Assembly (NCBI GenBank): GCA_965644295.1 | Contig: CBFFRP010000431.1 | Span: forward strand, 62,001 to 126,000 | Source of the DNA: Paraphysomonas bandaiensis | Taxonomy: Eukaryota; Protista; Chrysophyceae | Direction: 5' to 3' | DNA: 64,000 bases | In this document: positions 40,601 through 55,998 of the stretch, piece by piece | Layout of the letters: every line of letters starts with the position of its first letter | How positions within the stretch are numbered: position 1 is the first letter of the stretch | Position numbers and translations under genes: made by a program | Notes under the pieces: model-generated | The model's input: the letters and a program-made list of their open reading frames with translations, nothing else | Databases searched by the model: none | What the model was told of the DNA's origin: nothing

Positions 40601-43600
40601 ACTAGTATCTGGAAGGAGAAAGTATACACATAGAAGCTCTTTCCGCAAATCCCGCACCGCTGTCGCCAATTCATTCACAACAAAGTTGCCGGAATCATTG
40701 TTGCAGTCTTCACCTTCACACGATGAGAATTGCGCATGATGAAGAGATACAATCCTACTGATGATGTCCTTTGACGACAGCAATGGAAACATTGGTGCTT
40801 GCTGCAGCAACAATGCAGCGTAGTCGATTTCATCCTCGAAAGTTGAATTGTCTAACCCGTACGCACTGGCCAAAGACGGTCCACCACAACTACAGAAGTA
40901 AGACTCCACAACACGTACTATGGTGGACATAATTGCTAGAGTTTCTTCTTGCGAGAAAGGCAAATTAATTGCAAGCGAACCAACTACAAACTGCCGAGTT
41001 ACTTGAAGCAATATTGTCATAGTTTTAATATGTAGGGTGGCGCATTTCGATGGGGCGGAACTGGCATTTTCTGATTCGTTAGACCACATTGAAGCTTGAG
41101 TCCTCCCACCATCCGATGGTACAGACACCTCCACACGGGGCGTAACGCTCTCCAGGTGCCGAATTAAGAAGATAAACAACTCTTTCACTTCAACTGTACC
41201 TCCGGATGGTGTCATGCTGTCTTGTAGGTCTTGAATGGATAAAACTCTGTTAGCCGGCCGTTGAACTGGGCTTTCTCTGTCCTGTTTCTCAGCATCTTGT
41301 TCCTTATCCAAAGTTTGAGTCAGTTGCCCCATTTCCCGCCCGTCAAGAGATGACTGCGGAGCAATACTTGCACTACGATCACTCGATGTATTCTCACCAG
41401 CAGCAATGTCATCGGGCTCGCGACAATCAGATAAATAAAGATTATTGTCCACATCTTCGGTTATATCATCACTGGAAGGCAATCCACTACGTGATAGCAA
41501 TACAATGGTATGATAAAATCCCGCTGCAATCTGTACAACTTTCTTGCCTACAAAATCATCAACAGGATGAGGAACATGGCGTTCGTCAATGTCCCCAGTG
41601 CCAAGCTGACCATGGTTATTTCGTCCGAACACATACAGCATGGAGTTCGTCGTCACAGCAATTGAGTGATAGCAACCAGCCGCGATTGATACAACGTTTT
41701 TATCACGAAGATACGTATTAGTATGGACACCATACATTCGGGGCTGTGAATGACCGAGCCCTAGCTGACCATAATCGTTCCGACCAAACCCATAAACTAG
41801 CCCACTATGCGAAAGAACAATTGTATGATAATAGCCACAGCACACCTGTACAGCACTGTCAAGATCCGACGGAGAAGAACCTAAAGATGTAAAGTTTTTC
41901 ACACATTCCGATCCCTCGAGACCCAGTTGCCCGTAGTCATTTTTTCCGCTGGCCAATACACAGCCCGACGATGTCACAATCATACTGTGGAATTGTCCAC
42001 AAGACACACTTGTCACTTTCTGGGATTCCAGCCCAGGTATGAGTTGGGGCTGTTTTTTATCGATCGTATCACCATGTCCAAGCTGGCCACAATCATTTCT
42101 GCCAAAAGAAAATACAGCGCCATCCGTACACACCACAATTGTATGGTGGTAACTGCACGCGGCGAGTGACACCTTTCGTGACATAAGTCCTTTAACAGGC
42201 CTAGGAATAGGTTCACTGTTCGTACTGCCTAAACCCAATTGTCCACGGTAATTATATCCGAAGGAGTACATCTTCCCATCCCGGGTCGTTACAAGCGTAT
42301 GTTCACAGCCGTTGTGCACAAACACGTTAGCTATATCCTCCCCTTCCAGAAATGGAATCAGGCACGGGTGACGAACTTGTTGAGTAGAGCCCATTCCACA
42401 TTGTCCATTGTCGTTGTAGCCACAAACAAAAGCCCGCCCTTGCTGCGAAACAAAAATAGAGTGCTCATTTCCAGCTCCAATGCATGAGATTTTCTGAGAA
42501 TCAAAAAATTGAACCCGAGCAAACGATCGCCGCAAATTTGCATCTCCGTGTCCAAGCTCACCATACGAATTTTGTCCACATGTCCATACTTCGGAATTTC
42601 CTTCAGCATACGGCGACAGTGAACCTGCAATAACTGCACCGTTAGGGCTGAAGGGACCCTTACTGGTACAATTGGTTACAACAGTGTCCAGAATATCCTT
42701 TGGAACGTTTTGAATACAATCGAGGCCTGATCGCAATCTCTGCTGGGTATGAGAATGTACTTCATCAACAGTTTGCTCCTGACCGAAGCGTGAAGACAGC
42801 TTGCCTCCAACAGAGGCCGGTATGTCCTTCGAGCCAGAAGCGTGAATAGCTTTCTTGACGAGAGGATCACTAGAAGCTCTCCAAGTCGACACCGGGTAAG
42901 CATTGGACATTCCGCTACTACCAGGAGGCGTGCTACATGGCGTCAGCCCATCAAGTCCTAAATCTGTGTCAAAATGTGATGGCCCATGACCCGGGCGATT
43001 CGAAGAGTGGGACGACTTCACAATGTGCAATTTACTTGGTACACTTGACACCGCAGAAATATGAGAAGGATGTTTATCTCCCCAAGATTTCATAGTATTC
43101 AACTTGACCTCATATGAGTCTGATTCATCTCTCAATGGCAAATCAGCATCACTACCTTCATCCAATACTGCAGGGCCATGAGAATGATGAGGCAGTTGTT
43201 TCTTCTTGTTGACTCGGGCATCTTCAAGTTTAGCTTTCATTCTCAGTTTTTCCTGAAGTGTAAATTCAGCATCGACGCTATACAACTCTTCATCTAACTC
43301 TAATTGACGCTCTTCAGCACAGAGTGACACGGCTAGTAACTGGGTTAGGCCCAACAATGTATCGGGAGAGCTGCCCGTGCATAATCCCAACTTAAGTAGA
43401 CCATAAGCACATGTCAATGCCATACGAAGAGATTCCAATATATCCTCAGGATGGGGTACATTCTTGTCAGAGCAATTAGTACCAAACCTGACGCCATTGC
43501 AAAGAATCATTCGCAACGTCTGCGAATGTACATGGGACAAAAAGTGAGAGGCAGGCACGTTCGAAGAAACCGAGAATTGAAAAAACTGCGCTATTAGAGA

Positions 43601-44131
43601 CAACAGTGAAGTCACCGTCGACTGTTTTAGACCGATGCTGCTTCTCCTTTCAGCTATTCGTAATGCACAAGATAAAGCCTGTGGGAGGATATAACCACGT
43701 GACGCTGAATTAGTTTTCTCTACAGAACAAATGCCCGGCTTTATACTTTTCGAGGTCACTACATTTCCACACTTCTCAACGACAAGTTTACCGATGTGCT
43801 CGAAGACTTTGATTTGACGTACAACTATTTCAGAGTGACTATCGAGACAGCGCACGCTCGAATTATCATCATACAGAGATTTGTGATACATAAAGTTATG
43901 AGCTAATTTGTGTGCTTCACCAAAGAGAAGGACATCTTCTGGCAAGTCAGCAGTAATCGCCCATACATTAAGTTGGGACTGATCTTGTTCACCAGACACA
44001 TCACTCGAAAATAAACGGCTTAAATAGTCACTATCACAAAGGTTTTCATAGTTCAACGCAAAAATCTGATCATTGTCCCTCGAAAATTTCGCGGAGACAT
44101 TTTTTGTCGTCCAACACCAATGATGGCTCAT
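31656..44131 (-). CDS. Giant HERC-like E3 ubiquitin ligase: RCC1 repeats, LamG-like, FN3-like, SPRY and HECT domains
   Basis: Repeated GxNxxGQLG (RCC1), FTLAFWVF...WVHVAAV...LFVNG (LamG), WEVKI...GDIVGVVLD...LFPA (SPRY), FEGEGVDDYGGPYRE...LPKAHTCFF (HECT, catalytic Cys). Intron 31800-31858 restores VMAEKLRYAI...MDADF. Confidence 0.95.
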
Positions 44132-44806
44132 TTGAATGAGTTGGTACTACACACTAAATAATAATATTAACTATCATAGGCGCTTACGAAATCAATATCC
44201 ACTCCAGAAGTAAGTTATGTAGCCTCTGAGATTCCTTCCTTAGCCTTGATAACACATCTCATTCCATGTGCTATCGACAGTACAATATATATTTAATCTA
44301 ACAATATTGATATAGACCTCTATGTATCATATATGTATATATGTATATATGTACTCAGCTCTCCACTCTCACCCCCCCCCTCCTATAACTTACACACGAT
44401 TCGAGTTCCGCTGAATTATATACTGCAACAGTACTACCTTGCTGTATATCTACGTATGCTACACTGTGGACATTATGAGGTAGAATACATATACACTACT
44501 CTGTAGGTCCAGTCAATTCATATGTATAACGAATGAATCTTTAGTGTAACGAGTGCAGGTTTACTACACCGTACGTACTCTACAGGACTGTAGGACAGGT
44601 TGTATTCTATCGGTAGTTTTCTCAGAATATTCAAAATCACGAGCAGCAGATAAGAATTCCTCTCACCACAAAATCTTTCAGAAATCGTATCTTGAACAGT
44701 CAGATTAGAATTAGTGGCTTACGATGTGGCAGCGAAATCTTACATTTCCATGTCATAAGCACTCATTATTTTGTCTCTTCTAGTGATACAAAAGTACTTT
44801 ACAAAA

Positions 44807-46294
<1,488 letters not shown>

Positions 46295-47183
46295 ATTCTT
46301 AGTTTTACGTGTATGCGAGGATGTTTTGTTTTAAGGACCAAGCACGTAGCGCTAGTTGACTTGCTCCTGAAACATTTACAAAAATGTCTTCATGGTTCTA
46401 ATCATCTCATTTTATGGTTGGCATGATTATTCTCCTGACTATTGTGGCATGATTTATTTTTCTTAGACTGTATAATAACCAGCGAAGAAATAAGCGCTTT
46501 ATTTTTATGAGTTTTTGACCTCTATATATGTACTGTACTCTCAAAATATCAGAAAAAGTTGGCTCGCTTTAATTGTGGTCTATTACTTGTTCGTGTCCTA
46601 ACCCTAATTTCACCATATAATATACCCTAGTAGAACTTCATATAACATTACTGATTAGAATAGGAAATACGCATGTACTACGGTATGAGTTAACAGTTAC
46701 CAGGCTCTGATATATTGCAAGTCATAAAGCGAGAGTTTCTTAACTGTAGGTGCAAAATATAAGTTCATGTATGTCCTAGTTTCGATGTTTTTTCTAGTTA
46801 GTATGTATCGCCAGCTCAAGTGTTGATTGGCTATGCGGAAAAATTTCTTCAGGTAGCTCAAAATATTTACAAGCGAAAAGTTGAGGCATCTAAGTATAGG
46901 GGCTCGAGTTATGTAGAATGTAGAATATGGTTGTCATGTGATCTTAAAGTCTAGTACTAATAATGGTTTAATTGTTGGTTAATGCTACTAATACATTGAA
47001 ATATTGTTGGGTTTGTTTAAAACTCTGATATTATTGATGGGACGCTATCTAACAATCTAACAATTGTTCCCTAGAATAAAACAGCTATTTAGTTGTCATA
47101 AAACATCGAATAACAAAAACACAGAACAACTAAAAATGCAGCGTGATAGTCGCGGATTCTATGTATCATATCCTGAGTAATTC

Positions 47184-48144
47184 CTATATATTGTAACATC
47201 CAATCTGCAAAACATCACTATGAAAAGTGGCGAACTAACACAAACGTTATACATACCTCAAGCTGCATCACTTCATTTTCAAGTGATATACACGGGTGAA
47301 ATTTAGGACTCGTATCATTCTCACTCCCAGTGCACTTCTACCGTCGTAAACTATTCACAAAAATATTATAAATGATAGCAAATACAAACCTGCAATATGT
47401 TTTCTGGATGCTGATTGTTATCTACAATCCAATTACCACTTGTCAACGCATCATGTAGGACAACTGGAGGCAAGTCATTTTGATATATACACAACTATTG
47501 CACATCAATTACCAGATTCTGCTCCGCTCTCGCTTTCTTTTGCAGAAGAAGTTGAACACATAACAACAAGAGACCAATTATGTTGATCTGTGTAATATTG
47601 GTTACTGCGAAATATGGTGGATTGTACAAAGTACACACCAGGAAGAAATTTAGACAAACGCGACTCCAAGTGCATTAGTCGTAGTATCGCACTCCGAAGT
47701 TGCTCTTCCACAAGAGAAAACGATACCTTTCCATCTTGATCAATAGACAAATCATCTGCTAAACGGCACTGAATAAAAATAACATCAATCGGTTGTGCCA
47801 TCGAATTATAAGTAACAGACGCTATCTTATCGGCTATGCCCTAAATAGAACGTCAGTGATTTCATATCGCAAGTGTAGCACATACATTTATTATTAGAGG
47901 TGCACATTGATCCAGGAACTTCGTAATGTACTCGCATATTTCTTCATCCTGGCAATGCCATACTGAGATGCCATATTTCAATCGCCGCTGGAAAATATCT
48001 GTCATGAGAATAAACTAAATTGATTCAGACATATATATAAATGAGGAACATACGCTGGGGGTAAATACAGCGAAAATAGAGAATTTGATGGAAAGTACAC
48101 TCTAGAAATTCAAGGTATATTTCTTGTACAATGGAAGCACTCAT
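47184..48144 (-). CDS. REV7: HORMA-domain protein, REV7/MAD2L2-like (multi-exon)
   Basis: EFLECTFHQILYFRCIYP...IFQRRLKYGISV...EICEYI...VEEQLRSAILRL. Confidence 0.75.
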
Positions 48145-48709
48145 CAATGCACTTGGTCTTGGAAGAGGGCACCCAAGATTTACCACCACACAACTATAGA
48201 TGCTATAAATTTAAAATTCAATACTATCAATGAATCTACTTCGGTATCCGGTTATGTTATTTGCTATATATTTCTCCTTTTGCTTGGTGGTAAGTTTAAG
48301 CTAATGTTCATATATGTCGATCTCATCTCATGCAGTGCACTACATAACATACATACATTGTGTCAACATATCATATTGATTTTACCCGATATGATTGGTT
48401 CACATACAAGTAAAATACGGTAAATATTGGGACAAACAGTACGAATTTTATGAAATATCATTGTAGTGTGTCTTGTATTTGTGGAATACTGTGCAATGTG
48501 TAATAGAGCAGTTGCATTTGTATTGGGTTTGAATGGTATCATACACAGCAGTATGATACGGAATATATACGGTAGTAGCTATGCATGTACAGTATAGTGG
48601 GCACGAATATCATCCTTTGGTTTCATCAATACAATATCAGTGTATCGTATAGTGACTGTTCATCACTAGATATTGATAGAGGTTTATACTATTTCTTTCT
48701 TCAGTACGA

Positions 48710-49848
48710 ATGAGAACCTCAATTCATTCTCCTTATGCTGGTACGAGATTATATTTTTCAAGTTATGCATTGATGTGGGTATGTAGATTGCGACTCTCCG
48801 ATTGCTGCGGCAAAGAGACCTCATTCATGTATAACAGGTATTTGACTCTATAAAAGTTGTTATTATCACTTTTAATGATATTTATATTTAGAAAAAGAGA
48901 AATCTTTTGCGTCGCCGACACAGCGAATTCGTACTCTGATCTCAGCAGAATTTGATGATATAGAGTACGTAATATATGTAGGGACCCTCTGTTTAATATA
49001 ACACTGAGTGTGGCAGAGAAAACGACGACCCAACATCATTATTTTCTCCAAGTCTGTCACAACCAGATATATTTATTGCCTGCCAGGAGACGCTAGAAGC
49101 AGAACAGTGTGTTGAAGAGGAGGACGCCAGCGACGATGATTCGGAAACCTTTGATCCCTATTTGTTTATGTTCACGCTACCCCCCCATTCCACTGTAGCA
49201 ATTCAAGGAAAGCTCTGTTTATCACCACCTACGAATTATCACCAAAAGTCGCTAGTGTTAGACTTAGACGAAACACTTGTACACTGTACTGTCGAGCCGA
49301 TCCCAAACCCTGATTTCATTTTTCCTGTTACATTTAACTCTGTCTGTTATCAAGTGTATGCTAGAAAGCGCCCATTTGTTGACTACTTTCTGGAATCAGT
49401 TTCGAAAGAGTTCGAGGTCATAATTTTCACGGCATCGCAACAGGTGTATGCCGATAAGCTGTTGGATTTGTTGGACCCCGAAAACAAATATTTCTCAAGC
49501 AGACTTTTCAGAGAAGCGTGTCTTGACGTTAGCGGAAACTTCATTAAAGATTTAAGTGTGCTGAACCGAGATTTATCAAAGGTTTGTATATTTATTCTGA
49601 TATGCAATTGTTGCACTGACTTAATACTACAGACTGTTTTGGTCGACAATTCGCCCTACGCGTATGGGTATCAGATTGATAATGGCATTCCAATCGAGAG
49701 CTGGTTTGATGATGATGAAGACACGGAACTGTTGAAGCTCGTCGGCTTTTTGCGGCAGTTACATTCTGCACCTGATGTTCGAAAACTGTTGCGAGACCGG
49801 TTTAAGACCTTCAAGTTAGTAGAAATGGCGGGCAGTGTGCATTTTTAG
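48710..49848 (+). CDS. CTD small phosphatase-like (NIF/FCP1 HAD family); 5' end uncertain
   Basis: LVLDLDETLVH, KRPFV, FTASQQVYAD, LFREAC, KDLSVL, LVDNSP, NGIPIESW. Confidence 0.9.
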
Positions 49849-50303
49849 CAGTTTTGGTATACCTTTTATGCTTACTATCTGCGACATATAATGCTATCTA
49901 GTACCCTATTTCGAAAAGTAAAATACCTTTCACGCATTTGTTGTGAATGAAATTGTTAGTAACTGAAGTGAAAGAGTGAAATCGTAAATAATGTAATATT
50001 ATGACGACTAGCTACTACCTTGCACGAAACCCCATGTATGATGTACTTTGTAGATATAGAGCGATAAAGTAGCGTCTATACTACAGCTAGTATGGTGCAG
50101 TACTTTGCAAATTAATTTGCCAACGAGCTATATTGTTAAATTTAAAAGGAAAATATATCTTAGATATATAGTATAAGAGTTCGAATGCCAGCTTTAGAAT
50201 GCAAACAGCAGTGAAAATCAGAAAATTTTGTAATAAACATGAATTTAAAAGTTAAATAACTTCACACATACATAAATGACTTACTATGACCGGTCTAAGC
50301 GGC

Positions 50304-53300
50304 TCAAAGAAATTTTTCTATTTCAGTATAAATTGGTCCATAGGTACCCGCTCGCCCGTAGCAAATATGACCAATCGAGGTTAGCTCCCATCTGGAGCCT
50401 ACAGACGATCTCTGCAACTTACACATAATAACGGCCGTCTTGTCACCGGTGTTCTGCTCCTCCAACTGGTATCGACACATCTCTGTGTCACTCTCAACAT
50501 CATGCAGATGCGCGGATGGCTGAGATATCTCCTTTAAAGAAGTTGTCCACGCAGACACAGTAAAAAATAAAGATCCAACTATGCTAGGAAGCTTTTTAAA
50601 GTCTATGTCAATGGTGTGCTGTCCGATTCCAGTATCACTATCAACAACATCCCCACTATGTACCACCGGAGCGGATCTGTTCAGCCCACTACCATTTCCA
50701 TTATCCCATGATGTATGACAGTAGTCAACTTTCCCAAGATTCTTCCCATGAAAGTCGAAAATAAGGCAGGAAGCATCTAAGAATATAGTATGACCGTCGA
50801 ATCTCCACTTTTCAATCATTCGAATTCGTCTAAGGTTTGGAGCAGCAGAATAAGTCTCACCTTTCAGCAAAATTCTTGAAACTCCTGACCGCATGACGTT
50901 CTGAAAGACAGTATCTCGAGAATGGTATCCTTTCTTGAGAGAATTTTTAACTGCTGATTCTAACACAGAAAGAAGCTGGGGTTTAGATGGAAGAGGGATA
51001 CCAGATATGGCAAAGAACTGAGGCCACGATTCAAGATTTAGTATAGATTCAACAGCATTTTGCCACTTTCGACGAATGTATAGAGGAGGGCGACCTTGGA
51101 AAGTGTCATATCGGTCGATACAATCATCTAGCTTGTTCCTAGAGCCCCCCCCTCTCACCAAGAGAGTGAGAAACACCGCATGGAAAAGAGTGAGGCGCAT
51201 GGCGACCTTCTGTACAGCAAAGTACTTATCTAATCTGCTTTCGTCTCCATGAATAACAGTGGCAAGAGAAGGATCCCGTGAGCATGCCCACAAAACGGAC
51301 CGATCAAACGACTCCTTGATATATGCCATCGCTATTGAACTCCACGAGTAAGTGTCACTAACCGAGAGTAGAGTTAACAGTTCACCCAACGACGGTGTGT
51401 ACTGCTTCACGCGTTTATCTGGTCTTCTCGCAAAGTCATCAAGTCTGCGCCTCACGATTATTCGAAGCTGAGGAAAACTGTCGACTAAAGCAAGCAACAG
51501 ACGGTGGAGTTGGCAGTATCCAGTTAAAGTTACATCTGATACTGCTATACCCTTATCCATCAAGAGCACCACTTGGGTGTTCATCATTTTCGTCAGAAGA
51601 AAGAGTGCCATCTCTGGATCACTGTGAGGAGTCCACGCCGGCTCAATGTTGTCTGCTTTATCCTGTTTGAGATATCTATGAGACTCGTGGCGGCGTTGTT
51701 GCTGTTGGCGATGAGGCCGAGTGTTCAATGTACCCTCGGTGACAATTTTTCGACAAGTGCTTAGGAGCGGTTTCAGAGCCCTAGTAAAGTGTTCCTCATC
51801 AATATATATCGGTAAAAAGCTGGAGAACTTCTCTCCCCAGACAGTTCGTCTCACTCCCTGAGTTTTGTAGGACTCCAAACTCAGAATATCGAAAGTAGAG
51901 GTAACGTAATCCAAACATCCAGTCTTTGGATTCGTGGTGTATATGATGGGAAATCCTAGGACTGCTTCTGATTTAGTGCTGAACGAGTGAAAGCAAGTAA
52001 GGTCCTGCGCGAGACAATTGGCCTCAAGCATATAGGCAGTCCTCCACGAGTACGTCGGTCCACTAGGAGATAGGGAAGACCTCGGGTAACGAGTCTTGAA
52101 GAGAGTTCTCCAGACCACCCAATCATCTGTCATTGATGCGGTTCCACGACAAGCTATCCCCAACGCAAGGACATCAGCAACAGATAAATAGGAGATAACT
52201 GCTAATGAGGTATCTCGAGAGAGTGTCCGGAGCAGGCCCATATTTTGATCTGTAGCTCCCGCCAGCTCTTCACATCGCCAGCGTGATTTCCACTCTTCAT
52301 CTGTGTCCACGACAACATCCTCATCAACTATAGAAAGATCCGAAGGTATGTCAGAATTAGAAGATGAAATCTCAGTTGTTGGTTCTTCTGGTTTTGTTGA
52401 CTGTGCCAGAAGTTGTTTAGCGAGGCGGCGCTTCTGTCTACGGGCAAAGTTCTTATTTACAGGCGGCGACACGCCCTTGTGGGATGATAAATTGACCACG
52501 GCTTTCAAACATTCGGAGCACCTCCTACCCTCGCTTTTTGAGAGCTGAGAGCGCGAGAAGTACTTTTGCTTTAGCTTTCTTTGACATGAAGAACATGAGT
52601 ACTTTACCAGTTCAGATTCAGCTGCCTCGAGCATATTGTACGGATTACTTTGCTCCCCGTCGTCTGTGGTAAAGGAAAGTTTCACAGATTTGACTTTGTT
52701 AAAAGCACGGCGGCTGTTGACAGTAACCCACTGAGGCTCAAGAGCGCTTTCAGGGACAGACTGCTTCTCACTACCAGTGCTTACTGTTGAAGCCGACGAA
52801 TCAGAAGTTGGAGCCTTAACCTTCTGGGTATCGTCTTTTTCTTTCAATAGTTCAAGGCTGGACTTTTGTTGCTGTATACGCCTGGCAAGTATACGCGCCT
52901 GAAGCTTCTGTGCAGCTTCTCCAGATACCTCCACGGAAGGAAAAGCCACAGGAGCTGCTGATACTTCAAGGTCACTCGGGAAGGGAGGCGTGGGATGCAT
53001 ACGACTATGGCCGCAAGCGACACACTCATAGCTTGACGATTCTGTTACTGTACGAGAGATATTACCGCTAGAAACTTCCGTCGGTTGTCCCTTTGCAAGG
53101 ATGAAGGACGTCAGCTGAATTAAGATAGATCGGACTGAGAAGGCAGAAGACCAATACTGATAGGCCACAGTCATGGAGCCAATTGGAGGTGTTTCCAACA
53201 TATCCAGACAGACTTCCCACCTCATATTCCTTCTCTGGATGTTGAGGTGAGGGATGTACGAGCACATTTCAATGCGAGGAGGCATAGAGGGGTAGCCAGT

Positions 53301-53539
53301 AGGAAAAGTGACCACAAAATGAACTACGATGTCTTCGAAATCACTGTCCTCTGCTCCCTTAATGTTACCATGCCTAATCATGCGTCAGGTAAGGGTATTC
53401 ATATATGTATTGTATAAAGCACATACCATTCCTCAAGATTCTCTTCGTTTAATGGTGCAATAGTAATATTAGCAACCGGACAACGCATCACCTCTGCATA
53501 CTCTCTCATTAAACGAGATGTTCTCATCTGTTGGTGCAT
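50304..53539 (-). CDS. Ubiquitin-conjugating (E2) domain + Zn finger + F-box-like + uncharacterised helical domain + C-terminal TerD-like domain
   Basis: Exon 1 MHQQMRTSRLMREYAEV...NLEEW / exon 2 HGNI...FPTGYPSMPP...HLNI...VCLDML...WSSAFSVRSILIQL (E2). CSSC...FSRSQL...CSEC. LSRDTSLAVISYLSVADVLALGIACR...WRTLF. LDASC...HSGD...IDIDFKKLP (TerD). Confidence 0.85.
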
Positions 53540-54091
53540 TGATACTGATATATGCTAATACTTATGCGTCTTTAACGAAGTAACAAACAACAATATATTG
53601 TTGATTGTGATGATATATAAGTATCATATATTCACTTCTATCCACATACTTTTACATACTTTACTTTCCTGGAAAAAGAAAGCGAATTCCTTTATATGCA
53701 ATGAACAAAAGTAGAAGTGAGAATCGGCGCTCATAATCATGCATGCATCATTCCTTTCTATTCCACGGTATTCCTGACTTGTATTATGGACTACAGCTAC
53801 GTTGTACCAACAAAAGATACCATATCCATATCATATGGCATCACTGCAATTACAATACCGATGCCGGATGGGTATACTGTAACAGTTGGTACGTCGTAGT
53901 ATATACAACTCCCCATACATACAGAGGTATACATACATCTTCAATTGACGACATATACAGCAGTATACATATATATATAGATGGTGCGCATACAGCACGC
54001 AGCTCTCACGGCATGCATATATATGCATATAAGAATAGCAGTGAATATTAAGTTACAGTAACATGACACTTCTTCTTTACCTCTACTAACA

Positions 54092-55349
54092 ATGCTATCT
54101 AACTTAATATATATACTCCTTGCTTTATTTATATTGAGTATAGAGAATGTTGTATCAGAGAGAATGTGTGTGCTTAGCACTGTTGACTCACACGGTTTAG
54201 TATCTGAAATAGTCAAAGTACATTCTATTATTGAATCCACTAGAAATAAAGCAGATTTGTTTTTTGGGTTTGCTACTAAAGATCAAACAAATAAACAAAT
54301 ATTAGAAACTGCTTTAAAGGGATGTTTTGGTAATATATCAGCAGAGGTAAAGATACTTAACCAGCCACCGACTTTTAAGAAATATGTTGCTCCAAACCGC
54401 CCTGTAACTCAGTTGGCGAGAGTTATTCTACCTGAACACTTTCCGCAATGTGAAAAATTTATATACATCGACAGCGATGCTATTGGAAATATTGATATCG
54501 AGGAGGTTAGACTCCTTCACTCTAACAATATTTTCGTTGATGTGTTAGATATATCATAGGTGTTAAGTTTTCCACTGAAACGCATGAACGCAGAGGGAAG
54601 AATGGAAGATGTACACTCTGGCTATATTTTTGATTCGTGTCACTCGAACTATATTCATACTCAAAGACAGTTCAACATGTCTCACCCAGATGTAATTGAT
54701 ATGTTTGCCGCAAACAAAGGGTTCTATATAAATGCTGGTGTATGGATGTGCAACTCCAATCTGTGGATTAAACAAAATGTAACTGGGCAGATGCTGGAAT
54801 TCATGGAGCGCACATCTGTGGAGCCCTTATTCATTAAGCCATGGGACGACCAGTCTTTAGCTTACATGGTTTCTGGTAAAAACGCTGCGAAGTTACCGAA
54901 CACATTTAATATGCGCCGCCTTTGTAAGCATACGGTGTCTAATTTTGATAATGGAGCCAGAGGTGAGGCGATACTTAAAATATAATATATATTAAATAGA
55001 ATCTCAAAGTCTATGATTTGCAGGTTTTGTACATTTTGCTGGAACTTCAGCCAAACACTGCAACATAGTATCGTATCCTGCTTTTGCAGGAGCTGCCGGA
55101 TACTTTGCAGGTGTAGCGCTGTCGTTATCTCGCAAGTGTAATATATCCCCACAAATGTATTCTCAATGTGAGAAGCATATAAGACTTGTAGAAAGAATTA
55201 ACGCCAAGTTAAATCTTACTGACAGTCGGCGAATTGATGTTTACAAACAAGTGGATCCGGGTTATGGTAATTTCACGTGGCCAGGATTAATGAACTTTAC
55301 TTTTTTGGAGCCAGTTCTTGGCCGTTTTCATGAAAAACTAGGGTCGTAG
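54092..55349 (+). CDS. Glycosyltransferase family 8 protein (signal anchor, multi-exon)
   Basis: ARVILPEHFP...FIYIDSD (DxD), INAGV, DDQ, FN, LHFAG. Confidence 0.85.
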
Positions 55350-55998
55350 TTGATATATTCTTCTCAAGTAGTATAACACTTACTAGTTCTGTCGCTGTAC
55401 ATTACACGGAAGAAGTAGAATTACTTTTCTATCGAACTTTTGATACTGATGATGAAGCATACACCTCAAGGTGAAAATGTAATAGAGAACGCTAATTTAA
55501 ATATTATTGATGTACGTCGAAAACATAGTTGTTGTGTCGAAAACGTAATATTAAGTCCTCATTGTATGTACATGTGTCATGTATTGACTACGCTTTGTCA
55601 GCAGAGTCTAGAATACCTCAATACCGCAGGTTGACCAATTCTGGACGGGGACTACTACCGAGACCCAGCTGGAGAATGTATACAACTATGCTTTAAACTC
55701 GCGAGGACTCCGTACTCTAGAAACAGCAGTTGTCAATCTTCTCCAGCCGCTTTACGCTGCCGCCAAACAAATGATTTAAGCCCACAGTCGTCGTTATATG
55801 TTACCACCCCCGAAGTACCACATAGACCCCATTACTTCAGAAACGTAACCACACGCGATTGAAACGTAGAAACACACAACGTATAACGAGGAGACCTAAA
55901 GTCGAGGTAATAATCCAAAACCTGTTGAAATTTTTGATGGTCGGAATTGAGTATAACTATTATGCACCTTTTATTATCCTCCACCTACTAGTAATAAT

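Noticed and set aside
53700-54090. Several short overlapping ORFs in CATA/TATA-rich DNA
   Set aside because: Low-complexity divergent promoter region with no coding signal.
54500-54565. Abutting in-frame ORFs at 54559/54560 suggesting stop-codon recoding
   Set aside because: The TAG is the acceptor of a short intron starting GTTAGA at about 54506.
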